Assembly (NCBI GenBank): GCA_036785375.1
Contig: JAWMAR010000392.1
Coordinates: 1,240,001 to 1,304,000, forward strand
Origin: Leucoraja ocellata
Taxonomy: Eukaryota
Direction: 5' to 3'
DNA: 64,000 nt
Of the stretch, positions 1-12,821 are shown in pieces. Made by a program: the position numbers and the translations under genes. Under the pieces are notes generated by a model. It worked only from the letters and a program-made list of their open reading frames with translations, was not told the DNA's origin and made no database searches. Position 1 is the stretch's first letter. Every line of letters starts with the position of its first letter.

Positions 1-330
1 TTCCGGCTTTCCTCCCTCGAAATGCAACAGTGACATCGCGATGCATCGACTCCCGTGAGTATCGGGTCTGCAGCAGCGGCGTTTACACGTTCTTTAACCC
101 TCTCGGGTGTCTCGACTGTGATGGCGGCTTCGGGTTAATGTCGGCGTGGTCCCGCTCGGCGTCGCACTGCGCATGTGCAGAGAGAGGAGGAAGGGAGCGG
201 GCAGGGCTGTGCGCACGCGCACTCGCCCCCTTCCCCTTGTCCTCATGGACTTGCTCTCACACCTTTGTTTCTATGTTTAGCAGGGTTTCGGGCCATGCAC
301 GCAACCTTTTTGCTGCAAAGTTAAGAGCTA
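1..330. promoter_or_regulatory. CpG-rich promoter-like region of an unidentified neighbouring gene
   Basis: High CpG density against a CpG-poor background; NRF1-type motifs TGCGCATGTGCA 168-179 and TGCGCACGCGCA 210-221; YY1-like ATGGCGG at 121. Confidence 0.5.
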
Positions 331-904
331 GGCACAAAACACGTTCAGTGTGGAGCTGAGCGTAATTTGCAAACGCTGTACACAGGCAGAAAATGGCTCA
401 TTCAACACCCGCAGTGCCAAAAATATTGCACTAAAAATGTCTGACAAAACAAAACTGTTTAGCAAAGATAGGACTGAAAAGGTACATTTTCCACCAAGGA
501 GAACACAAACTGAATATGATATGCTGAACGTTAAATCTAATGCATGATTAATTAAGTGTAAAGTAAGTAAAAATTAAAAAAATTGTAATGACCTAGAATA
601 TGCAAGCTTAACATTTAACATCTGCTGAATGAATCAATAACAGCGGGCATAGGATATACACATGGTTTGAAACCTCCATTTCTCATTTCCCAAAGTCATT
701 CAGCGACTCCACACAAACTGCAGCTGAAAACATGTTGAGGGACCAAGTTAGGATCTAAAGTCACTGGGAGAATCACTATCCAGTGCTATTTTTAAAATGT
801 AAAAACAATTAAGAGTACATGTGGATTGAGAGCAGTGGACATGGTTGCTGGTGAATCTTCCTCTTCATTAGTTATGTGAATAAAAACACGGAGCACTCAA
901 ATTG

Positions 905-1187
905 TTTTGTTTAGAAGATACAGTGCGAAAATAGGCCCTTCGGCCCACCAAATCTGCACTGACCAGCGATCCCAGCTCACTAACACTATCCTACACACTA
1001 GGGACAATTTGTAATTTACAGAAGCCAATTAACTTACAAACCAACACTTCTTCGGAATGTTGGAGGAAACACACCTGGTCATGGGGAGAATGTACAAACT
1101 CCGTACAGACGGCACCCATATTCAGGATCAACCTGTATCTCTGATGCTGTAAGGCAACAACTCTACCACTGCGCCACCGTGCTGCCC
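905..1187 (-). mobile_element. tRNA-derived V-SINE/HE1-type SINE (representative; others at about 4228-4530, 9355-9545, 22945-23310, 27298-27492, 36080-36325, 36838-37117, 42775-43207, 49550-49820)
   Basis: Head GGGCAGCACGGTGGCGCAGTGGTAGAG with A/B-box-like motifs, central TCCGGTTTCCTCCCACA core in most copies, and 3' end GGCCTGTTTCCGTGCTGTA shared with CR1 family B followed by (CTAAA)n. Confidence 0.8.
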
Positions 1188-3320
1188 TAGATGGGTGTAT
1201 GGGTGACGTTTCGGGTTGAGATCTTCAGACTCGACCCGAAACATCACTCATTAAAACGCTCCAGAGAAGCTGCCAGCCCTGCTGAGTTATTTTGGTATAT
1301 GCACTTTGCGCCTATCTTCAGAGTACTCAAATTGATGGACTCTAATGAGAGTTAGAACCACAAATTGGTTGCAGCACAGAGGGAGGCCATTTCGCCCATC
1401 ATCTCTGGGCACTGACAAAAAAACAGAGTGCTGCAGTAACTCAGCAGCTCAGGCAGCATCTGTGGAGTACAAGGAAAGGTGACACCTCCAGTGATGCTAC
1501 CTGACCAGCTGAGTTACTCCAGCACCTTGTAGGGTTTTTTTGTTACCCTGCAAATTCTTTCAGCAGCATATCCAGCTCCAGTTTACATCTGCAGTGCAGT
1601 ACATTTTAGATCCCAAACCACTCAAATGTGCTTCTAAAAAAATCTTTAGGTATTTTTGGTTCTTTTGTCAATCAAGTCTCTCCTTCCCCAGCATACTACT
1701 TGCTAATGTGAGGCTATAGATAACAAGCTGGATGAACTTGGTTGGATAGTTATATGGATGGGAAGGGAATGGAGGGTTATGGTCTGAGCGCAGGTATATG
1801 GGACTAGGGGAGATTATGTGTTCGGCACGGACTAGAAGGGTCAAGATGGCCTGTTTCCGTGCTGTAATTGTTATATGGCTATATGGTTAACTTAAATATA
1901 GAAACAAAGGTGCAGGAGTAGGCCATTTGGCCCTTTGAGCTAGCACCACTGTTCAATATGAACATGGCTGATCATCTTTATAAAATCAGTACCCCGTTCC
2001 TGTTTTCCCCCCATATCCATTGATTCATTTAGCCCTAAGAGCTAAATCTACCTCTCTCTTGCCCCTTAAAGCCAGTCTAACCTATGTTGGAGAATTGAGA
2101 GACTGCTACATGCTCTTTCACAGAGTCCTTGCTCACCCCTGAATGCTTGATTGTGCCATTCGTCCCAAGAGTTTCTCCCTTCACCAGATGGAACGCACAG
2201 CGTCTTCAGGCAAGGTTAGAGGCAGAGCGGTCTGCTTCCTAATCAACACCTCGTGGCTGTCCTGGCGAGCTCATGCTCCCCGGACCTGCAATATATAACA
2301 GTAAAGTGCCACTCCTACTACTTGCTGTGGGCAAGATCCACCTCAGCTATCCTGACTGTAGTCTATATTCCTTCCTATGCTGATGTCAAGCTTGTTCTGA
2401 ATGAACTGTACTCTGTTAAAAAATAGTCTTGAGCCAAAACACCGCCAGTTATTTAATCATTCCAACCTCAAGTGTACTACCAAAATACTCTCAGAATCCC
2501 TCGACCACTGGTACACATCCATAAAAAGTACCTACCGTTCCATTCCATGACCAAATTGCATGAAGTTTGATCATCTAACTGTGCTTCTACTCCCTGTCTA
2601 CAAATAGGAACTGAAATGGGAGGATCCGGTAGAGAAAGTCGTTTCGTGCCAGTGGGGAAATGGATGACATCCTATGCGACTGATGGGAGTCAGTGGACTG
2701 GTCCATAGAGAATCTTCGGCCAGCTTGAATGAGTATGGCACTGCAGTGACATTCAACACTGGTGAATGTAAGGATGATTTCTTAGCCCTCTACCATATTC
2801 CTTATACACACACACACTTGTGCAGCCAAATACCAAACCACCTCAATTTACAAGTAGTGGGCCGGATATCGCATAATGACAGTGGAGATTGAGAACCAAG
2901 TTACTTGGTGCCCAAAGAATAACCTCTCCATCAATGTCTGCAAGACAAAAGAAATAGTGATTAACCTCAGGAAGGGCAGCAGTACACACATCCCAGTCTA
3001 CATTGATGGTGCCAAAATGGAGATGGTCGAACGTTTCAAGTTCCTGGGAATAAATATCCCCAGAATCTTACTAGACTAGCCTCATCGAAACTAAGAAAGC
3101 ACACCATCACCTCTTCTTTTTAGAAGACTTAGGAAGTTCGGCAAGTCCCCAAGTACACAAAATAGCTGCTGGGTTTATAAATATAAATATAAACCCAGCA
3201 GCTATTTTGCTAAAGGTTCCTACACATGCCAGTCTTGCATACAATAAGCAGATAATATGTTTCCTCAGATATACTGTGTGAGGGTTGATGTTGGCTGGAA
3301 CTCCGGGGGTAAATTGCCAC

Positions 3321-3946
3321 TGTTTTGAGTATAGGAGCAGGGAGGTTCTACTGCAGTTGTACAGGGTCTTGGTGAGACCACACCTGGAGTATTGCGTACA
3401 GTTTTGGTCTCCAAATCTGAGGAAGGACATTATTGCCATAGAGGGAGTGCAGAGAAGGTTCACCAGACTGATTCCTGGGATGTCAGGACTGTCTTATGAA
3501 GAAAGACTGGTTAGACTTGGTTTATACTCTCTAGAATTTAGGAGATTGAGAGGGGATCTTATAGAAACTTACAAAATTCTTAAGGGGTTGGACAGGCTAG
3601 ATGCAGGAAGATTGCTCCCGATGTTGGGGAAGTCCAGGACAAGGGGTCACAGCTTAAGGATAAGGGGGAAATCCTTTAAAAACGAGATGAGAAGAACTTT
3701 TTTCACACAGAGAGTGGTGAATCTCTGAAACTCTCTGCCACAGAGGGTAGTCGAGGCCAGTTCATTGGCTATATTTAAGAGGGAGTTAGATGTGGCCCTT
3801 GTGGCTAAAGGGATCAGAGGGTATGGAGAGAAGGCAGGTACGGGATACTGAGTTGGATGATTAGCCATGATCATATTGAATGGCGGTGCAGGCTCGAAGG
3901 GCCGAATGGCCTACTCCTGCACCTAATTTCTATGTTTCTATGTTTC
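3321..3946 (+). mobile_element. CR1 LINE family A (tail TTTCTATG) 3' fragment
   Basis: [25 protein letters not shown]; TSD TAAATTGCCAC on both sides. Confidence 0.92.
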
Positions 3947-5090
3947 TAAATTGCCACAGGTCCACATGGAGTGGAATACAATCTTTCATAATGAGCCCTC
4001 AATTTAACCGGGCATATAAAAGTGCAACACTCCTTCATTATGAATAGGAAAGGATGAGATGGATGAGAGCAAACGGGACATGCTCAAGAAGGCATCTTGG
4101 TTGGCATGGCATGGCGAATTTTGTTTAAAGAGTCTGTTTCCTTGCTGTACAACTCTGACTATTGTGTTGGAGTATCACCCTATGCTTTTGTGTACTGGAA
4201 ACTAGTACATGGCCCCATGCACCCATTGTTTAGTTTGGTTTAGTTTAGTTTGGAGATATGATGTGGAAACATGGCCTTTAGCCCACAGAGTCCACGCCGA
4301 CCAGCGATCTCCACACACTAGCGCTATCCTACATACATTAGGGAAAATTTTACAACTATATCAAGCCAATTAGCCTACAAACTTGCACGTCTTTGGAGTA
4401 TGGGAGGAAACCGGAGATCTCAAAGAAAACCCACGCAGGTCATGGGAAGAACGCACAAACTCCAAACAAACAGCACCCGTGGTCAGGGTCCAAGCCGAGT
4501 CTCTGGCGCAGTAAGGCAGCAGCTCTACCTGTGCAGCTCTGAATATGTGGCTGCTGAATATGAAGCACGTCGTGAACAGTGGTCCCCCGTAGAGTGTAGG
4601 TGAGAATGGCGGCCAGAGGTTTACACTACATGACCTCTGCAGTGTTCAATGAAACTGTCCCTTTACTGCAGGCCAGCCCGGGGGTGTGGGCTGCTCGGAA
4701 AGCCCCATCTGGCTGGGAGTTCAGGCACAGCGGTTTCCCAGCATACTACAGAGAGCAGGATGCTGACAACTTTGGTTTCTGTCGATTACTATGTTCCCCC
4801 AGTGCACTGCCTTAAGCTTTAACTGAGTGCTTTAGATGGGCTCCCACGTTCCTTTTAAACCTACACTTCCTTCAACAATGCATAACACTCCCCTCTCCAA
4901 CACAAGCTTTTATGAATTGTTGTCAGTGGAGCAATGGATGATGAAGCTTACGAAAATCCCTTCACCATTCATGAAATCTCTGACCACGTAACTCTCCATC
5001 ACACAAGGTTAACTAAGGACACAGTGGTCCATAGATCAGCTGGGAATTTGTGTGGAGCAAATTCCAATGACAGGTGGAGTGTTGATGTGG

Positions 5091-5593
5091 AGAGGGAGTA
5101 CAGAGAAGGTTCACCAGACTGATTCCTGTGTTGTCAGGACTTTCATATGAAGAAAGACTGGATAAACTCGGCTTGTACTCGCTAGAATTTAGAAGATTGA
5201 GGCGGGATTTTATAGAAACTTACAAAATTCTTAAGGGGTTAGACAGGCTAGAATCAGGAAGATTGTTCCCAATGTTGGGGAAGTCCAGAACAAGGGGTCA
5301 CAGTTTAAGGATAAAGGGGAGATCTTTTAGGACTGAGATGAGAAAAACATTTTTTACACAGAGAGTGGTGAATCTCTGGAATTCTCTGCCACGGAATGTA
5401 GTTGAGGCCAGTTAATTTGGTATATTTAAGAGGGAGGCAGATGTGGCCCTTGTGTCTAAAGGGATCAGGGGGTACGGAGAGGAAGCAGTTACAGGATACT
5501 GAGTTGGATGATCAGCCGTGATTATTTTGAATGGCGGTGCAGGCTCGATGGGCCGAATGGCCTACTCCTGCACCTATTTTCTATGTTTCTATG
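5091..5593 (+). mobile_element. CR1 family A-type 3' fragment
   Basis: RT C-terminal ORF and TTTCTATG tail. Confidence 0.9.
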
Positions 5594-6970
5594 AACCCTC
5601 ACCAACTTCTACAGATGCGCCACAGAAAGCATGTTATTGAGATGCCTCACGGCCTGTTTTAGGAACAGTTCATAGAAACATAGAAATTAGGTGCAGGAGT
5701 AGGCCATTCGGCCCTTCGAGCCTGCACCGCCATTCAATATGATCATGGCTGATGATCCAACTCAGTATCCCGTACCTGCCTTCTCTCCATACCCCCTGAT
5801 CCCCTTAGCCACAAGGGCCACATCTAACTCCCTCTTAAATATAGAAATTCCAGGTTTCTCCAGAAATCTCCGGTTTCCTCCCATACTCCAAAGACGTGCA
5901 AGTTTGTAGGCTAATTGGCTTGATATAGTTGTAAAATTTTCCCTAATGTATGTAGGATAGCGCTAGTGTGTGGAGATCGCTGGTCGGCGTGGACTCAGTG
6001 GGCTAAAGGCCATGTTTCCACATCATATCTCCAAACTAAACTAAACCAAACTAAACAATGGGTGCATGGGGCCATGTACTAGTTTCCAGTACACAAAAGC
6101 ATAGGGTGATACTCCAACACAATAGTCAGAGTTGTACAGCAAGGAAACAGGCTCTTTAAACAAAATTCGCCATGCCATGCCAACCAAGATGCCTTCTTGG
6201 GCATGTCCCGTTTGCTCTCATCCATCTCATCCTTTCCTATCCATAATGAAGGAGTGTTGCACTTTTATATGCCCGGTTAAATTGAGGGCTCATTATGAAA
6301 GATTGTATTCCACTCCATGTGGACCTGTGGCAATTTACCCCTGGAGTTCCAGCCAACATCAACCCTCACACAGTATTATCTGCTTATTGTATGCAAGACT
6401 GGCATGTGTAGGAACCTTTAGCAAAATAGCTGCTGGGTTTCCATCCAACATACCAGAAATTGCAGAGACGTGTGGATATAGCACACAAACCAGCTTCCCT
6501 TCCATCGACTGCATCTGCACCATATTGCTCAGCAAGACCACCAGCATAATCAAGGACCAGCCTCATCCCGGACACTCCCTCTTCTCCCCTCTTCCATCAG
6601 ACAGGTGATACCCAAGTTTGAAAACGCAAAAACCTCCAGATTCAAGGACAGTTTCTTCCCAGCTTTTTCCCTGCTGTACCTGCATGCTTACTTTCAGTGA
6701 CTGATGTCTATATTCAATGTTATACCTTTACCATATAATAACCATATAACAATTACAGCACGGAAACAGGCCATCTCGACCCTTCTAGTCCGTGCCGAAC
6801 ACATAATCTCCCCTAGTCCCATATACCTGCGCTCAGACCATAACCCTCCATTCCCTTCCCATCCATATAACTATCCAAAAGTTATATGCCCGGTTAAATT
6901 GAGTACACTAAATGTTGTACTCTTTACCCTTTATCTTTTTCACTGTGGACGGTCTGATTGTATTTATGTA

Positions 6971-7323
6971 CAGACACTCACCAACTTACACAATGGGTGA
7001 CTTGCATAAGATCGCTCTTATGTAACCAATCTGCACTTAGTCATTATCGCAGATGGTCATTTCCACAACACTGCACAATCACTCAAGTTTGCATCGGAAA
7101 CAAGCCAGCAATGGTGGTGGTGCTTACCCAGAAGGCCACGCGCCGCAGAAAGTGCCCCAAGGGCGAGACAGACCACAAGCCGGCAATGGCGGCAGTATTT
7201 ACCCAGAAGGCTGCGCGCCACGGTGAGTTCCCCTTCAGCACAACGGTGAACCCGACTTACATAAAATCCAATTTACGTAAAGGTTCTCGGAACATGACAC
7301 TTGCATAAATCAGAGAGTGCCTG
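6971..7323. mobile_element. Tigger/pogo-like MITE
   Basis: Imperfect terminal inverted repeats (CAGACACTC.../...GAGTGCCTG), each flanked by TA. Confidence 0.55.
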
Positions 7324-8554
7324 TATCTACTTTTTTTGGACTGGATCGCACACAAACAAAAGCTTTTCCCTGTATCTCGTTACATGTGACAATAACAATA
7401 AACTAAACTAAACCCTCATTCTATTGCCTTCCACCAGTTTCTCTATATAACCATATAACAATTACAGCACGGAAACAGGCCATCTCGGCCCTACAAGTCC
7501 ATGCCGAACAAATTTTTTTTTTTCCCCTTAGTCCCACCTGCCTGCACTCATACCATAACCCTCCATTCCCTTCTCATCCATATGCCTATCCAATTTATTT
7601 TTAAATGATACCAATGAACCTGCCTCCACCACTTCCACTGGGAGCTCATTCCACACCGCCACCACTCTCTGCGTAAAGAAGTTCCCCCTCATATTACCCC
7701 TAAACTTCTGTCCCTTAATTCTAGCTGTCTACACCCTTCATGATTTTACATATGTTTTTGATCTCTTTGCACCCTCTGTTCCAAGGTACTGAGACAAACC
7801 CAAGACCATGAGCACAACTATGTGATGAAGACTAGTTTGCCGGGAAGAAATTCTAGACACTCAGCACCTGTACTGAGGCAAAGGATAAGTGGCCCGAGCA
7901 ATGCTGAGACATCAGAACCTCTATCTGCCCACGAACACACACTTACTTCAGAGTCCGCCTGAGTTGCCTCTTCAAGCTCATAGCTGAGCTGCCAGGAAGA
8001 AACCTGCGTCTGCCAGCGCCTCCTCATGAGGCAAGGGTGAACTGCAAGAAGAAGCCTGAGATCGTCATGCCACCTCCTTCTGACCAGTAAGCTGTTGGGA
8101 CAAGACCAAGATATGCCAGCATCGTTGTACATGCCCTCTAATGGTGAGGGACAGCATCCATCTGCGGTCCTGGACTTTTTTACCACTGTAAATAAAATAT
8201 ATCATGTAAGTTCACCCAACTGCGAGTGACGGTGTGGTCACTGCTGAACCCGGCATCATCCCCCGATACCACAGTGCATTGAAATGAAGGACCTTGCATT
8301 CCAAATGGGAATTGAAGGGTAGTTTAGAAAAATGGCGCTGAGGTAGAAGATCAAATATAATCATGCATGGTGGAGCTAACTCATAGGGTTGTGTGAGATA
8401 GACACAAAATGCTGGAATAACTCAGTGGGGCGGGCAGCATTTCTGGAGGGAAGGAACGGGTGACATTTTGGATGGACACCTGGTCTGAAGACAGAGCTCC
8501 AGAGATCAGAGTTAGACCCGTTTCCTCCAGGTGTTCCGTTTTCCTCCCACATCT

Positions 8555-8940
8555 GCAAGTTTCCTGATGATGTTGACCCTTGCTTTCAGGTTTTCAGCCA
8601 CCCACTTCAGGTATTCACGATAGGTGAGGGTGCGATCCAGGGTGACTCCAAGGTACTTAGGGAATTCTTCATTCTTCACCGGCTTACCACAAAGAGACAC
8701 TCGGAGCTTTGCATTGGCGAGCTGATTGCTGAGGTGAAAGGCAGTGACAGTTGTCTTAGATGGGTTGGGGCGAAGTCGCCAGAAGGTGATGTATTCCTCC
8801 ATCCCCTTCAAGTCTTGGGTTAGCACTCTGCTGATATCCTCAAGGGCAGCTCCCTGGTAGGTGAGGGCAAGGTCATCTGCGTATGCAAACATCTTGGACG
8901 AGGTGGTTGGCAAGTCACTCACATAAATGTTGAAGAGTAG
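8555..8940 (-). mobile_element. Ingi/Vingi-like (I-group) non-LTR reverse transcriptase fragment
   Basis: LFNIYVSDLP..FAYADDLAL..WRLRPNPSKT..FHL..PKYLGVTLDRTLTY..RVNIIRKLA; clade assigned from motif recall. Confidence 0.65.
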
Positions 8941-9557
8941 CTTGTTGCTGCTGTATGCCACCAAAAATGCAGCATTGCTACTTACTTGAGTTACTACCTA
9001 CATGATTTCTGTGTTCTTGAAGAATCTTGCTCCAATTACATCTTCATTGCTACTGTGAGGATTGGGGATATCACTGTCACAAATGTATAGACATCCTGGT
9101 AAATCTCATCTGCACTCTCTCCAGTGCAATTGTGTCTTTCCAACTACACACATCATTACAGGGCAGCGCAATTCTTGGTTTCTTGGTCCTCCAAAATATT
9201 CCAAATGGAATTTAAACTGGAGGTGGTGAAGGGAGGGCTTAAGCCAGAAAGGGTTATTGGGAAGAAAGAGCTACTTTAAATTTAGTTGCATCTGGTTGGG
9301 TAACTATAGTTGGGTGGAGATTATTCCACGATTTAATTGTGCGGGGGAAGAATGGCAGAGCTGGTACAGCCGTTACCTCACAGTGCCAAAGACCCAGTTT
9401 CGATTCTGATCTTGGGTGCTGTCAATGTGGAGTTTGCACATTCTCCCTGTGAATGTGTGGAAATTCCCCTGGGTACACTGATTTACTCCCTCGTCCCAAA
9501 GATATGAGGATTTGTAAGTTAATTGGTCTCTGTAAACCTGCCCTAACATCATATATA

Positions 9558-10880
9558 TAAGCATCTGGATAAACAGGGTCTGATTAGGAACAGTCAACAT
9601 GGATTTGTGCCTGGAAGGTCATGTTTAACTAATCTTCTGAATTTTTTGAACATGTTACTCGGGAAATTGATGAGGGTAGAGCAGTGGATGTTGTGTATAT
9701 GGACTTCAGTAAGGCCTTTGACAAGGTTCCTCATGGAAGGTTGGTTAAGAAGGTTCAATGGTTGGGTATTAATGGTGGAGTAGCAAGATGGATTCAACAG
9801 TGGCTGAATGGGAGATGCCAGAGAGTAATGGTGGATGGTTGTTTGTCAGGTTGGAGGCCAGTGACGAGTGGGGTGCCACAGGGATCTGTGTTGGGTCCAC
9901 TGTTGTTTGTCATGTACATCAATGATCTGGATGATGGTGTGGTAAATTGGATTAGTAAGTATGCAGATGATACTAAGATAGGTGGGGTTGCGGGTAATGA
10001 AGTAGAGTTTCAAAGTCTACAGAGAGATTTATGCCAGTTGGAAGAGTGGGCTGAAAGATGGCAGATCGAGTTTAATGCTGATAAGTGTGAGGTGCTACAT
10101 CTTGGCAGGACAAATCAAAATAGGACGTACATGGTAAATGGTAGGGAATTGAAGAATGTAGGTGAACAGAGGGATCTGGGAATAACTGTGCACAGTTCCC
10201 TGAAAGTGGAATCTCATGTAGATTGGGTGGTAAAGAAAGCTTTTGTTGTGCTGGCCTTTATAAATCAGAGCATTGAGTATAGAAGTTGGGGTGTAATGTT
10301 AAAATTGTACAAGGCATTGGTGAGGCCAATTCTGGAGTATGGTGTACAATTTTGGTCGCCTAATTATAGGAAGGATGTCAACAAAATAGAGAGAGTACAG
10401 AGGAGATTTACTAGAATGTTGCCTGGGTTTCAGCAACTAAGTTACAGAGAAAGGGTGAACAAGTTAGGGCTTTATTCTTTGGAGCGCAGAAGGTTAAGGG
10501 GGGACTTGATAGAGGTTTTTAAAATGATGAGAGGGATAGACAGAGTTGACGTGGAAAAGCTTTTCCCACTGAGAGTAGGGAAGATTCAAACAAGGGGACA
10601 TGACATGAGAATTAAGGGACTGAAGTTTAGGGGTAACATGAGGGGGAACTTCTTTACTCAGAGAGTGGTAGCTGTGTGGAATGAGCTTCCAATGAAGGTG
10701 GTGGAGGCAGGTTCGTTTTTATCATTTAAAAATAAATTGGATAATTATATGGATGGGAAGGGAATGGAGGATTATGGTCTGAGCGCAGGTATATGGGACT
10801 AGGGGAGATTATGTGTTCGGCACGGACTAGAAGGGTCGAGATGGCCTGTTTCCGTGCTGTAATTGTTATATGGTTATATG
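9558..10880 (+). mobile_element. CR1 LINE family B (tail GGTTATAT), 1.3-kb 3' fragment with uninterrupted RT frame
   Basis: 372-aa ORF with DFSKAFDKVPH, GVPQGSVLGP, YADD, LVRPILEY, RGH, FFTQRVV. Confidence 0.95.
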
Positions 10881-11777
10881 GTATGGGTAGTGGATGAGAA
10901 AATGGAATAGCATAGAATAGCAAATTCCCTGATGATGTTGACCCTTGCTTACAGGTTTTCAGTCCAATAGTTAACATAGAAATAGATAACATAGAACACC
11001 CAGACACAAGGAACTGCAGATGGTTTACGAAAAAAATTGAAAGTGCTGGACTAACACGATGGGTCAGGCAGCATCTCTGGAGGACATGGATAGATGATGT
11101 TTCAGATTGGGACCCTACTTCAGAATCTATTGCAAGTTCCCTCCAGAACTAGCGTGAACTGGTAATCGATCGTCAGAGTGAACAGGGTGTGCCGATGGGA
11201 TATTTCCATGCTATATCTTTGAACTAAAGTCAACGTTTAGACACCTATACTATGGAGTATATTGCATGTTTAGAGAAATTGTTAATACTCCTCTTGTTGG
11301 ATAAGTGAAAATGTTTCTTGCCACTTGTGAGCGGCACGGTGGTGCAGCGCTGGAGTTACTTTGAGTCGTACATGAATGTTCCTCACGTCTTTCCATATGC
11401 AGGTTTGGACCACTTAATTATCTTGGGAGTTGCAAATGGAAATGAAGGGCGTGAAAGCAAGCACCCCCAACTGATCTTGTGATGGAGAAAATTTATTCGA
11501 CTGAGGTTCTAATCTGATCTAGAACACAAATTGGACATCAATGGGCTGTTTATTGTTGAATGGGTGAGTCCACCAACCCTATATGTTGCATCAGCAACCT
11601 CTGGATCATCGGCACTCAAACTCTGCTGCTGCCTCTCCCTCCAACACATACACAAAATATGGCCCTCTCTCCTTCACTCCCGTCAAACCTAACTTGAAGT
11701 CACAGAGAGATACAGCATTGGAAACAGACCCTTCAGCTCACATAGGCCATGCTGACCATCAACCACCCATTTACACA

Positions 11778-12311
11778 TCCAAATCTGAGGAAGGACATTA
11801 TTGCCATAGAGGGAGTGCAGAGACGGTTCACCAGACTGATTCCTGGGATGTCAGGACTGTCTTATGAAGAAAGACTGGATAGACTTGGTTTATACTCTCT
11901 AGAATTTAGAAGATTGAGAGGGGATCTTATAGAAACTTACAAAATTCTTAAGGGGTTGGACAGGCTAGATGCAGGAAGATTGTTCCCGATGTTAGGGAAG
12001 TCCAGGACAAGGGGTCACAGCTTAAGGATAGAGGGGAAATCCTTTAAAACCGAGATGAGAAGAACTTTTTTCACACAGAGAGTGGTGAATCTCTGGAACT
12101 CTCTGCCACAGAGGGTAGTTGAGGCCAGTTCATTGGCTATATTTAAGAGGGAGTTAGATGTGGCCCTTGTGGCTAAGGGGATCAGGGGGTATGGAGATAA
12201 GGCAGGTACGGGATACTGAGTTGGATGATCAGCCATGATCATATTGAATGGCGGTGCAGGCTCGAAGGGCAGAATGGCCTACTCCTGCACCTAATTTCTA
12301 TGTTTCTATGT
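11778..12311 (+). mobile_element. CR1 family A 3' fragment inserted in a SINE
   Basis: RT C-terminal ORF and tail; SINE halves on both sides. Confidence 0.9.
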
Positions 12312-12821
12312 TACACTAATGCTGAATTGATCCCATTGTAATATTTTCCTCTCATTCTAACGAACTGTCCCCAGATTCTACCACTGACTGGCAATTTACA
12401 GGCAATTTACAGCGTTCGGTTTGCCTACCAATTGCACTTTTTTGTGATGTTGAAAGAAAACTGAGGAAATCTATGTGGTCACAGGGAGAACAGGCAAACG
12501 CCACACAGACAGCATTGGTCTCAGCATCAAACCAGGGTCTCTGTGAGGCAATGGATTTACCAGCGATGCCACTGTGTGCCCAACTGGAACCTCTGGTAGT
12601 TATGGTGGAGAGACAAGAGTAAAGATGCTGGGATCTGGAGTAAACAGCGTGATGATGGAGGAAGGCGGCAGGTCAGGCAGCATATGTGGAGGCAGAGTGA
12701 CGGTCAACTTTTTGGGTGGTGACTGCATCAGGACTTGGTGTGTAGAAGTGAGGTAGCAGGTATAAAGAAGTGCGATGGAGTAGTTTAACTGGAGCTGGCA
12801 AGCGATAGGTGGAATCAGATG

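Larger units (their letters stand above)
1680..6665 (+). mobile_element. Old Rex1/Babar-like LINE broken into pieces (about 1680-1740, 2065-3151, 5594-5670, 6441-6665) by later insertions
   Basis: Degenerate PSILLANV..NKLDEL, endonuclease-like segment, WCPKNNLSINVCKTKEIVI, and LSKTTSIIKDQPHPGHSLFSPLPS occur in collinear order. Confidence 0.65.

Noticed and set aside
3625-3675. kB-like GGGGAAGTCC and GGGGAAATCC motifs in CR1 family A copies
   Set aside because: Part of the CR1 coding consensus and present in many copies with no sign of function. This also lowers the weight of the single identical motif at 39745-39754.
3647-3874. Recurrent 75-aa ORF MIMADHPTQYPVPAFSPY... seen many times
   Set aside because: Antisense frame of the CR1 family A 3' end; recurrence reflects repeat copy number, not a gene family.
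7818-8186. 122-aa minus-strand ORF
   Set aside because: No recognisable domain or splice structure; possibly a decayed retroelement end, but I cannot support a call.
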